A stretch of DNA of 64,000 bases from an uncultured Candidatus Saccharibacteria bacterium (GTDB lineage Bacteria; Patescibacteriota; Saccharimonadia; CAZHVB01). This document shows, one piece after another, positions 8,438 to 16,992 of the stretch. Position 1 is the stretch's first letter, and every line of letters starts with the position of its first letter. The stretch covers positions 169,733 to 233,732 of the forward strand of contig CAZRIY010000001.1 in the NCBI GenBank assembly GCA_964600295.1, written 5' to 3'. The notes beneath the pieces were generated by a model. That model had not been told where the DNA came from. It was given only the letters and a program-made list of their open reading frames with translations, and did not search any database. A program made the position numbers and the translations under genes.

Positions 8438-11400
8438 ATGGCCAAAGCCACTCCCGAAGAGCAAACCGAAAAAGACCAGTTAGACCGCACTTATAGGGAG
8501 TCGTTGAGCCAAGAAGATGTCGAGAGTGGGGTCAAACAAGCTGAATCTCACGCCAACCAGAGTTTTTATAACAATGGAGGCCAACCAAAAGGCTCCCAGC
8601 CATTTGGTTGGGTTGGCCGCCATCGCAAAAAACTTGTCACTGGTGGGATATTGGGAGTGCTAACTGGTGGTGGCCTGATTGGGCTTTTTTCATTTCTGGC
8701 TCCCTTAAAATTGGATTTCTTGGGCAAGAATATCGAGCAGACTCAACTGGACCGTCTCGAGTACACCGTAAATGGTCGTAGCCAGCGTTTTATGTACCAC
8801 CTGATGATGGCGGAAATAGCCGGCAATAATGGGGGCGATCCTAGTAACAATCGTTACTTCCGCGCTAAGGGCTGGTATCTAAGCGGCAATCCCCTGACTC
8901 AGTGGTATAAGGATATCCGCACCGACAAGTTTTTTAATGTGATGGAGCAGAAATACGGAGTCATCTTCGCTGCCGAAAGTGGAAATGCTCGCGGCCACCT
9001 GCGCGCCATCACCACTATTGATATGCCAGAATCCAAGGTCGATAGCCTCAGGCAATTATTTAAAGATATTGATACACCGAATGGCATAGATGTTGCCAAA
9101 CTGAACGAATTTGAGGGTGCTGTAGTTAATGAATTTGATAATGACCGTGATGCACGCCGAATGATCAGAAGTTTTATCAAGGATGACTCCCATGCCTGGC
9201 AGGTTCTCAAGCGGCGGCATTTGCGGCGATGGGCAGGAGAGCGACTGGGCATCCGTCGTTGGCGTTTCTTCGAGGGCACCCGCGATAAAACCGGTAAATC
9301 AGTTCGCACGACTTGGAGTAAGCTCACCGGTAACACCATGACTGGCAAAATCATCGGCTGTATTTTTTCGTTCGCTCTTTGTCCGGTTGATTCCAATGAC
9401 CTAAACGATAATGACAACAAGGTTGAAAATGGTAACGACCCAAATACCCAGCGATCGGTAGACGATACAGAAACCGATATCGACGACGGACAAGAGCGTG
9501 CCAAAGGACAGCTTGGCAAAGCCGATGAACGCTCGAGGATTCAAAAGTTAATTTCTAGAAAACTGATAATTCTAAGGGGTGTGAATATCCTCGACTGGCT
9601 GAGAACTTTCATAGCTATTGATGATAATATTTCTAGTCGTAAATTGACCAAAATGGTAGCCATTTCTCGAGCCGCAGAATACGCAACGGCCTACATGACT
9701 TTCGTGACGTTAACAGATCATCTCAAGGAAGGCGAAACCGTCACTGGCGAAGAAGTAAATGCAGCTATGCAGATGTTTCAATGTAGCGAATTTAGCGAGG
9801 CATATCAGCATATGATGGCCAAGCAAAATAGTGGTTCTAAAACGGCCAATATCGGTGCAGTGTATGCCCAGCAGAAGCAGCGCACCACCAAAGAATGCCC
9901 CTACTATGAAGAGGTAACTGACGAGCTTAAAGTTAACGGCCATGGTAGCAACGCCGCTAAAATTGAGAAATGGTACAACGATACCATCGGTCCGGTTATT
10001 GGTGAGATCGTGGATGCTGTTCGTTTTCTTGTGGAAAATCCGGTAAGCGCGGCCATCTTAAGCGTACTCGACTCCATATTCAACTTCTTACTACAGGGAT
10101 TGTTGGTAATCGTTAACTTTATATGGGACGAATCTGAGGAAGCTATCAAGAAACTGCTCAACAAGCTGGGCGAGGAAGTTATCTCTGGGCTGGGTGGGGC
10201 ACCACAATGCACCGCCAATGAATCGGGCGGCCGTAAGGTCGGCTGCGCTATTGGCGGCGCAGCAGTTACCCAAGAACAGTATCTGGCCTCCATTGGCGGC
10301 ATGAACCTGACCGATGATCAAGTTAATGAAGTGAAGCAAAAGGTAGCCTTTGCCAAGCAGCAAGATAGAGCCGCTACCAGCTGGTGGCATAGGCTGGCTT
10401 CAACCGAAGATCCCAATTCCCTGCTGGCCAGAACCGCAATGCGCTTGCCCAGCAATACTTCCCAGCTAGCCAGCGAATTTAGCAATCTGGCTAGCAGCTT
10501 CACCCCAACCAGCCGACTAACCGCCTCGGGCCAAGCACTAGCTGCTACAATCAGCGATTCGGCGTTAGCGGTGCCAGACCCGGATGAAAATCTTTTCGGC
10601 GTCGAATATAAAGGCTTTCTCAATAAAACCATCGAGAAGTCGCTACCCTATGACGGTAAAGCTAAAGACAAAGCAGGCGAACAGGCGCTGCTGGACGCCA
10701 TTGCTGATGGCCGCATTAAGGCAGAGCCACCTGCCGGTAATTGTGAAGATGAAATGGCTGCCCACACCGCACAATTGGTAGGTGATGACGACATTAAGAC
10801 CGATGATGATGGGCCAACCATGATGAGTGTATGTAAACTTGATACGGCTATTAGTGAAGCCATGAAATCATTCTTTACCGAGGAAGATGATGGTGGCATT
10901 GGAACTTCAACAAGCATTGATGGCTCTGGAGAGACGGGTGTAAATGGACTCGAGTGCCCAGATAAATTACAGGAAAACCCAACCCATCCGGGCTACTATA
11001 AAATGCCCGAAGCGCCAAGTGGTGAGTACGTTATTTACTCTGTTGATGCCCGTAGATATGGAAGCAAAGAGTTAGTTTGCTCAATTTATACGGTAGCTCT
11101 GGCCTATAAGGATAAATACGGTAATAAATCAACTGTTAACGTCGGTGACCTTAACGGCGGATATCCGCACGCCAGCCACTATAAAGGCATTGCCGTTGAT
11201 ATAGATGCGCACGGCCAAATCTGTGCGGCTGACCATACCCATCCTACGCCAGGTGATGGATCGGGACTTTGCGGACCATATAACGCAGAAGCCACCGTCG
11301 ACCTTGGCAAAATGTGGATAGACACCGGTATTTTGCAGGATATATGGTGGTGCGAGAAACCAGGAGACGGATCAACCGAAGCCATTCGCATATATGGCGA

Positions 11401-11506
11401 ACAAAAGGGAAAACCGGTAAATATTAAGTGCCTGTCGGGCCATGATAACCATTTCCACGTTAATATCCAGGAGAAGTATGCCTTGCCTGGTTCATGGACA
11501 CCTTAG
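8438..11506 (+). CDS. Large membrane-anchored T4SS-associated protein with C-terminal LAS-family (peptidase M15/VanY-like) zinc-peptidase signature
   Basis: 1022 aa with one N-terminal TM (LVTGGILGVLTGGGLIGLFSFLAPL). An acidic low-complexity segment (DSNDLNDNDNKVENGNDPNTQRSVDDTETDIDDGQERAKG) sits at ~9380-9500, and a hydrophobic segment at ~residue 530. The C-terminal YPHASHYKGIAVDIDAHG (~11161..11215) matches the SxHxxGxAxD motif, and GHDNHFHV (~11438..11461) is a His-cluster. Confidence 0.5.
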   Translation: MAKATPEEQTEKDQLDRTYRESLSQEDVESGVKQAESHANQSFYNNGGQPKGSQPFGWVGRHRKKLVTGGILGVLTGGGLIGLFSFLAPLKLDFLGKNIEQTQLDRLEYTVNGRSQRFMYHLMMAEIAGNNGGDPSNNRYFRAKGWYLSGNPLTQWYKDIRTDKFFNVMEQKYGVIFAAESGNARGHLRAITTIDMPESKVDSLRQLFKDIDTPNGIDVAKLNEFEGAVVNEFDNDRDARRMIRSFIKDDSHAWQVLKRRHLRRWAGERLGIRRWRFFEGTRDKTGKSVRTTWSKLTGNTMTGKIIGCIFSFALCPVDSNDLNDNDNKVENGNDPNTQRSVDDTETDIDDGQERAKGQLGKADERSRIQKLISRKLIILRGVNILDWLRTFIAIDDNISSRKLTKMVAISRAAEYATAYMTFVTLTDHLKEGETVTGEEVNAAMQMFQCSEFSEAYQHMMAKQNSGSKTANIGAVYAQQKQRTTKECPYYEEVTDELKVNGHGSNAAKIEKWYNDTIGPVIGEIVDAVRFLVENPVSAAILSVLDSIFNFLLQGLLVIVNFIWDESEEAIKKLLNKLGEEVISGLGGAPQCTANESGGRKVGCAIGGAAVTQEQYLASIGGMNLTDDQVNEVKQKVAFAKQQDRAATSWWHRLASTEDPNSLLARTAMRLPSNTSQLASEFSNLASSFTPTSRLTASGQALAATISDSALAVPDPDENLFGVEYKGFLNKTIEKSLPYDGKAKDKAGEQALLDAIADGRIKAEPPAGNCEDEMAAHTAQLVGDDDIKTDDDGPTMMSVCKLDTAISEAMKSFFTEEDDGGIGTSTSIDGSGETGVNGLECPDKLQENPTHPGYYKMPEAPSGEYVIYSVDARRYGSKELVCSIYTVALAYKDKYGNKSTVNVGDLNGGYPHASHYKGIAVDIDAHGQICAADHTHPTPGDGSGLCGPYNAEATVDLGKMWIDTGILQDIWWCEKPGDGSTEAIRIYGEQKGKPVNIKCLSGHDNHFHVNIQEKYALPGSWTP

Positions 11507-11507
11507 G

Positions 11508-12719
11508 ATGAATTCCAAGACACTCGTGCAGCTAGGTCTCATGACCCTATTGTTGGGCTTACCCATGAAGTTGTTGGCAATCAGTTCCCCGGATCGTCAC
11601 TCGGTTATTTACGACACTGTTTATTACGATCCCACAGACGTTAGCCAAGAATGCAGTGGCGGCACGGACCAGCTATCCGAAGATACCGTTCCCCAACCTT
11701 ACAATGATTTGTTTGAAGAGGCAGCCGCTAAGTTTAAAACCGACGTGGCCTTGTTGGCTGCCATTTTTTGGGTAGAACACCACGGCATAGGGGCAAAATG
11801 GGACCCCAAGAGTTGGCCCGATCATAAGGGGCCTTGGGCTTCGTCGACCGTTGGAGCTTCTGGACCATTTCAATTCATGCCAGATACGTGGGGTTACCCA
11901 CCGGATTATACGCCCGGTTATGCCATTGATGGTGATAAGGATGGCGATAGAGAAATCCAGGACCTTACAGATTCAGCCTATAGTGCCGCAAACTATCTTT
12001 CCGCAAATGGCGGAAAAGTTGGCGCCGAGGTAGGCAACCCTGATCTTGATGTCCCCCAAAAACCTTCATTTAGCAACGCCATTTGGCATTACAATCATGA
12101 TCCTGCCTACGTCAAAACTGTTCTTGAAGCGCGTGAAGGAATTCTAAAGGGCGGAGGCGCGTCCGCGAGCGGTAGTAGCGGAACCTGTGCCACCGGCAAC
12201 TGGATTTGGCCGATCGCTAAGAAGGACTATCTGGGACTTTCAACCTGCTGGAATACATCCCGCATTCTCAATGGCAATAAGTACCACCACGGCGGCCTTG
12301 ATATATCGGCGGGCCGCGGTGTTGATGCTTTAGCGGCTGATGGGGGTACTATTGAAGAAGTGAATCTAGATGCGAGCAATGGCAACGGTATATATGTGGT
12401 GATAAAACATGGAGGTAAGTTCTGGTCGGTTTACAAACATTTGCTCGAAGCTAAGGTTAAGAAAGGGGATCAAGTTAACCAGGGTGATGTAATTGGTGCT
12501 GTTGATAGTACTGGCACCAGTACGGGCGATCACCTTCATTTCAATATCCAAGATCGAGGTGGAGTATCGGGCTCGGTAGAGGACGGAGGCACTCTGAACC
12601 CCTTAGACTACTTGCCCGAGGATGGACGCAACCTTGAAACTGGAAATCCCGACCTTGGTAAATGTATACCGGGCGACAAGGGTCAAACTGGTAATGGCAT
12701 TCAGGTAATTAATACATAG
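11508..12719 (+). CDS. CwlT-like bifunctional cell-wall hydrolase: lytic transglycosylase (SLT) + M23 (LytM) peptidase, secreted
   Basis: Signal peptide MNSKTLVQLGLMTLLLGLPMKLLA; start chosen at ATG 11508, 1 nt after the upstream stop (ORF track 11442 would overlap). SLT motifs AAIFWVEHHG, GASGPFQFMPDTWG and YSAANYLS. M23 motifs HHGGLDISAG and GDHLHFNIQ. Confidence 0.8.
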   Translation: MNSKTLVQLGLMTLLLGLPMKLLAISSPDRHSVIYDTVYYDPTDVSQECSGGTDQLSEDTVPQPYNDLFEEAAAKFKTDVALLAAIFWVEHHGIGAKWDPKSWPDHKGPWASSTVGASGPFQFMPDTWGYPPDYTPGYAIDGDKDGDREIQDLTDSAYSAANYLSANGGKVGAEVGNPDLDVPQKPSFSNAIWHYNHDPAYVKTVLEAREGILKGGGASASGSSGTCATGNWIWPIAKKDYLGLSTCWNTSRILNGNKYHHGGLDISAGRGVDALAADGGTIEEVNLDASNGNGIYVVIKHGGKFWSVYKHLLEAKVKKGDQVNQGDVIGAVDSTGTSTGDHLHFNIQDRGGVSGSVEDGGTLNPLDYLPEDGRNLETGNPDLGKCIPGDKGQTGNGIQVINT

Positions 12720-12727
12720 GAATATAG

Positions 12728-14152
12728 ATGCAAACAAGAACCAAGTTATTTTTACTAGCCATGTCAGCCTTGATACTTCTAATTGTTGGCTGGCAGTTGT
12801 TATCCACGGGTAAGGTCGAGGTCACCACTTCTCCTGGCGTCAGCAGTTCCTTTTCGATTCGGGATGAAACCGGTAAGACTATAGAAACAAAAAAAGGTAA
12901 AAGAATTGCTGAACGTTTGCGGCCTGGTGAGTACTCGGTAACAGCAGAGCACGACAAAGGCGCCACCAAACAATCGTTCACTATCAAGGCTCGCGATACC
13001 CTCAGTTTGGTCCTGAAGCTGGAGGAATTAAAAACGCCGGTTCTAATAACTGATCGGCCAGCAGTGGATATCCAGCTGGGAAGTGGACTGTTGTTTGTTG
13101 ATCCCACACTTGATAGGCTATTTCAACTCAAAGAAGGTAGCACCATACCCCAACCCCTCTTCGACACCGTGGACGCTCAGCGCATCGAATGGCTGGGCCA
13201 AGACAGCGGTTTGATCCAAACCACCGAGCGCAATGGCTACTATTTTGATGGCTCAATGATTCGTGACATTGGGCTGGTATCCGTTGAAGAAGAGGATCAA
13301 GTGATAATTAACGCCGTAAGTGCTGACCCGGGCTCGCGAAGCTTTGTTTACAGCTCTGCCAAAGAACTATTTATTAGCCGCAATCTTGCACCGCGCCAGC
13401 ATCTGCTTACCGTTGATAAGGAAAAACCATCATTGGCGTTAAAGGGTGGTAACTTGGCATTTTTCTACTACCCTGAAGGCTTCCCCGAATACACTACGCC
13501 AGAACCAGCCTTTGTATTTGATCTGACTAGCAGCACCAAGACTGAGATTGTTTCAGATCAATTAATATTTGATATTCATTGGTCGGCCAGCGGGGATAAA
13601 TTGATTTATGACACCCCAGAAAATCTATATATATACGACTATCAAGCCAGGCGCGTAATAAACCGCATTTCAAAAAATCTAAATGTTGCCGTTCCGGTTC
13701 TGTGGCTTAATGACGCGGACTTTTTGTATGGCGACGAGGGTGGAATTTGGCGTTTCGAATTAAATAGTTCGCAGGCTATCAAACTAGCAAATGCCAGTGG
13801 TGCGAATGAGGGGTTTGATATTGCCAGACGATTAGATTCAGACGAAATTTTCTTTAGTAATGGTGATTCCGCGAGTCCGGGTATTTATAAATTACTACTC
13901 GCCGGAGATATCCCTGAAAATACGAGGATCCTAGCTAAAATCCTCCCCTCCAGTACCGTGCAGTTTGAAATTAAGTATTCGGCCCTTGCCGAACCAGCTA
14001 CTGTACTAATCCAGACCTTTGTGGATCGGCGGCCTGGCACTACCCCGGCCGAATATCTGGCCAAGGCCGCAGAATACAAAAAGGCGGCCCTGGATTTTCT
14101 TCAGAGCCACGGCGTAGACACCTCAAAGATTAGAATCCATTATCTGGAATAG
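12728..14152 (+). CDS. Secreted/anchored hypothetical protein, possibly beta-propeller (TolB-like)
   Basis: 474 aa with N-terminal TM/signal (LFLLAMSALILLIVGWQLL). Last gene of the plus-strand T4SS block. No catalytic motif recognised. Confidence 0.4.
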   Translation: MQTRTKLFLLAMSALILLIVGWQLLSTGKVEVTTSPGVSSSFSIRDETGKTIETKKGKRIAERLRPGEYSVTAEHDKGATKQSFTIKARDTLSLVLKLEELKTPVLITDRPAVDIQLGSGLLFVDPTLDRLFQLKEGSTIPQPLFDTVDAQRIEWLGQDSGLIQTTERNGYYFDGSMIRDIGLVSVEEEDQVIINAVSADPGSRSFVYSSAKELFISRNLAPRQHLLTVDKEKPSLALKGGNLAFFYYPEGFPEYTTPEPAFVFDLTSSTKTEIVSDQLIFDIHWSASGDKLIYDTPENLYIYDYQARRVINRISKNLNVAVPVLWLNDADFLYGDEGGIWRFELNSSQAIKLANASGANEGFDIARRLDSDEIFFSNGDSASPGIYKLLLAGDIPENTRILAKILPSSTVQFEIKYSALAEPATVLIQTFVDRRPGTTPAEYLAKAAEYKKAALDFLQSHGVDTSKIRIHYLE

Positions 14153-14276
14153 CGGGGCCCCTAGAGGGTGGTGATTTGGATATGCAGCCGGTTTAGTTCG
14201 AGTCAAAGCGAGGACTGGTTTTGATTAAACCAATTATCACATTTTATGCGATCACGTAAATTCTGATAATTTCTAT

Positions 14277-14555
14277 CTATTCTAGTGTAGTTATCTGAAT
14301 ATGTAGTCTATGTATCGGCCGCGTAGAGGTTTGGACGCATTTGACGATTAGATCTTGCTGGCGCAGCCGCAGCTCGGAAGCTACTGCTGCGCTAGGAGTT
14401 ATAACCTTGAGTACGCCCTCATTGAGACTTTTGGCGCGGCATTGACCCGGGAATTCTTCTTCTAAAATCGATTGAATAATTTTGAGAGCATCGGCTCGTT
14501 CCAAATCGAGCTGTTGGGCCTTACGGGCTAAATAGAGTTTGGCATTCTCTAACAC
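14277..14555 (-). CDS. DUF721-family protein (recF-downstream small protein)
   Basis: 92 aa, located immediately downstream of recF as in the canonical dnaA-dnaN-recF-DUF721-gyrB arrangement. Confidence 0.55.
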   Translation of the reverse strand: MLENAKLYLARKAQQLDLERADALKIIQSILEEEFPGQCRAKSLNEGVLKVITPSAAVASELRLRQQDLIVKCVQTSTRPIHRLHIQITTLE

Positions 14556-14595
14556 CCCCTCAGTATGGTAAACCCCTCAACTCGGTGCAAGCCGG

Positions 14596-15645
14596 CTAGA
14601 GTTTGATCAATTGGTGCGGCTTTGGGAGTTGCTTGGTTAACCCCCGCTGATCGGTAGTGGTAATAATGGTTTGGACTTTATCCAATTTAGCCAACAGGCG
14701 CAGCCGGCGGGTCTGATCCAGCTCGCTGAAGACATCGTCCAGCAGCAACATCGGCTGCTTGTCCGTGTGCCGTTTTAACCATTGCAATTGGGCCAGTTTA
14801 AGGGCCAGCACCAGTGTGCGCACTTCGCCGCGGCTGGCCACCACAGCCGCCGGCTTATGACCTAGCGCCACCGCCACTTCATCGCGGTGGGGACCCAAGC
14901 TGGTAGCGCCAAAACGGATATCTCGTTGCAATTTTTGGTTTAGACCTTTGAGTAGTTGCTCGCTATATTCACCCTCCCCCAGACCGGTCTGGTAGGTAAG
15001 ATGCAGGGCTGGCTTGGCACCGGCCAGCTGCCGGTAAAGGCTGGGCAGGCGGCGGTTAACGTAGGCGATAAACTTAGCACGTAAATCCACTAGCTGGGCG
15101 GCTAGCTCTACCAAGGTGACGTCCCAGGCAAATACCTGGTCTTCAATGGCCGCTCGCTGTTTTTGGCGCAACAAGTGGTTGCGCTGATTGACCACGCGGC
15201 GGTAAGCCAGCAAATTTTGCCAGTACTGGGGGTGGCTCTGGATCAAGGTTTGGTTGAGCCAGCGCCGCCGCTCTTCCGGGGCGCCGTTGATAATTTTTAG
15301 GCTGTCGGGCTCAAACAACACCACCGGCAAGCTGCCTAGATAGGCTTCGGGCTTGATGTTGGTTTGGTTAACTTTTAGCCGTTTGCGACCACCAGTCGGA
15401 TAAACCAGCTCAATTGTGGTTTTGGCGGCGGCGCCCTCTAGTCGGTACCAATCGGCCGTGTGCCGGACCAGGTCGCGGTCCCGCGCCCGCCAGGACTTGG
15501 TAGTGGCCAAAACATAAAGCGATTCCAATAGATTGGTTTTGCCGGCGCCGTTGGCTCCTACCACTAGCGTGACACCAGGCGAAAAGGTAAAGACTTGTTG
15601 GCTATAAGAGCGAAAGTTGGCCAGTTTCAGGCTATCAATCGGCAT
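14596..15645 (-). CDS. recF: DNA replication and repair protein RecF
   Basis: N-terminus MPIDSLKLANFRSYSQQVFTFSPGVTLVVGANGAGKTNLLESL (Walker A) and the C-terminal ABC/SMC signature region. Position downstream of dnaN. Confidence 0.9.
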   Translation of the reverse strand: MPIDSLKLANFRSYSQQVFTFSPGVTLVVGANGAGKTNLLESLYVLATTKSWRARDRDLVRHTADWYRLEGAAAKTTIELVYPTGGRKRLKVNQTNIKPEAYLGSLPVVLFEPDSLKIINGAPEERRRWLNQTLIQSHPQYWQNLLAYRRVVNQRNHLLRQKQRAAIEDQVFAWDVTLVELAAQLVDLRAKFIAYVNRRLPSLYRQLAGAKPALHLTYQTGLGEGEYSEQLLKGLNQKLQRDIRFGATSLGPHRDEVAVALGHKPAAVVASRGEVRTLVLALKLAQLQWLKRHTDKQPMLLLDDVFSELDQTRRLRLLAKLDKVQTIITTTDQRGLTKQLPKPHQLIKL

Positions 15646-15662
15646 AGAACGGTGCGGCGAGC

Positions 15663-16766
15663 CTAGGAGCGCAGGGGCATAATGATGTGGAGATAGCTTT
15701 TGTCTTCGGTGGGACGTATGACTACTGGGTTAACTTTGCCGGATACAGCTAGTTTGATTTGGGGAGAATTAATCACACTGAGGGCGTCTCCCAAATAACG
15801 GTAATTCAGGGCTACTTGGGCGTCATCGCCGTTAATTTCAGCTTTGGTGTCGGAGACATTCTCGCCTACCTGAGAGGCTACCGAGCGCAGCCGTAAACTG
15901 GAGCTTTGGTTATCTACCTCAAGGGTAATGCTGCCGCCGCCGGTTTGGGCAAACAGCCCGGCCACTTTGGTTAGGTTGCCGAGTTCCGCCGTATCGACGG
16001 TGACGACCGTGGGAGAATCTTTGGGAATCAGGCTGCGGTAATCGGGAAACTGGCCGTCGATTAGCCGCGATATTAGCTCGATATTATCCAGTTTAAACAA
16101 GGCTTGGTTTTCTTCCACCACCACTTCCAGGGTTTCGCTGTCATCACCAATCATCCGCAACAGTTCTTGGATGGTGCGAGCCGGAACTATTAGGTTTATC
16201 TGGCCGGTCTGGCCTTTTTGGCGGGGAATGATTTTTTCTGCCAGGCGGTAGCTATCGGTAGCCACTATGACCAGGTTTGAACCCTCAGAGTATAGGTAAA
16301 CACCGCCCAACACCGGACGGGTGTCGTCGGTTGAGGCGGCCAGTACCACCACGCTAGCCGCGGCTTTAAAATCTTGGGCTGGCAAACTAAACAGGGCCGA
16401 TTTTTTGAGACTGGGAATTGAGGGAAATTCAGCGGCTTCAATGCCGTTAAAGGTCGATTGGTAGTGGTTGGTGGTAACTTTGAGGTTGGTTTTATCTAGT
16501 TCCAGGCTGACGGTATCGTCTGGCAGGTTACCAACAAACTCGGCTAGTAGTCTAGCCGGTACCGTGATGGCCCCAGCTTGATCAACTTTAGCCCCAATCC
16601 AATAATTAATACCGAGTTCAAGATTGGTGGTCGATAGTTTTAGACGCTTACCATCAGTAGCCACTAGAACGTGGGCCAATACCGGCAGTGTGGCCTGTGA
16701 TCCCACAATTCTACCTACCGCGCCCAGGGCTTTAGCCAAGTTGTCTTTGGTTGCGCTAACCTTCAT
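15663..16766 (-). CDS. dnaN: DNA polymerase III beta sliding clamp
   Basis: 367 aa; MKVSATKDNLAKALGAVGRIVGSQATLPVLAHVLV is a typical DnaN N-terminus. Located between dnaA and recF. Confidence 0.9.
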   Translation of the reverse strand: MKVSATKDNLAKALGAVGRIVGSQATLPVLAHVLVATDGKRLKLSTTNLELGINYWIGAKVDQAGAITVPARLLAEFVGNLPDDTVSLELDKTNLKVTTNHYQSTFNGIEAAEFPSIPSLKKSALFSLPAQDFKAAASVVVLAASTDDTRPVLGGVYLYSEGSNLVIVATDSYRLAEKIIPRQKGQTGQINLIVPARTIQELLRMIGDDSETLEVVVEENQALFKLDNIELISRLIDGQFPDYRSLIPKDSPTVVTVDTAELGNLTKVAGLFAQTGGGSITLEVDNQSSSLRLRSVASQVGENVSDTKAEINGDDAQVALNYRYLGDALSVINSPQIKLAVSGKVNPVVIRPTEDKSYLHIIMPLRS

Positions 16767-16992
16767 AACTATCTTCCCATATATATTAATTGGTGATAGT
16801 GATTAGTGTGGTGGAAAAAGCCGGCCCGATTGGTTGATTGCAGATCAACAGGAGTGGTTAAAAACCGGGGAAAAACCAAGAAAGACTGTGTAGAAAACCG
16901 GTGGTTTATCCACAACCCAGATTGATTAAATTTTTTTATCACTAGATTCTCCTTTTTTATCCCCAAATAATTCCCCGGCTCGTCCACAGCTT
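16767..16992. other. Candidate oriC segment (dnaA-dnaN intergenic): DnaA boxes plus AT-rich unwinding region
   Basis: Perfect TTATCCACA at 16906..16914. Box-like TTATCCCCA (~16955) and GTGGTGGAAAAA (~16811). AT-rich stretches at ~16785-16800 and ~16920-16960. Confidence 0.55.

Noticed and set aside
8899-10917. Multiple 77-206-aa minus-strand ORFs inside the 1022-aa gene
   Set aside because: They are antisense to a long, continuous plus-strand gene with recognisable motifs, and are Ser/Pro/Ala-rich translation artefacts.
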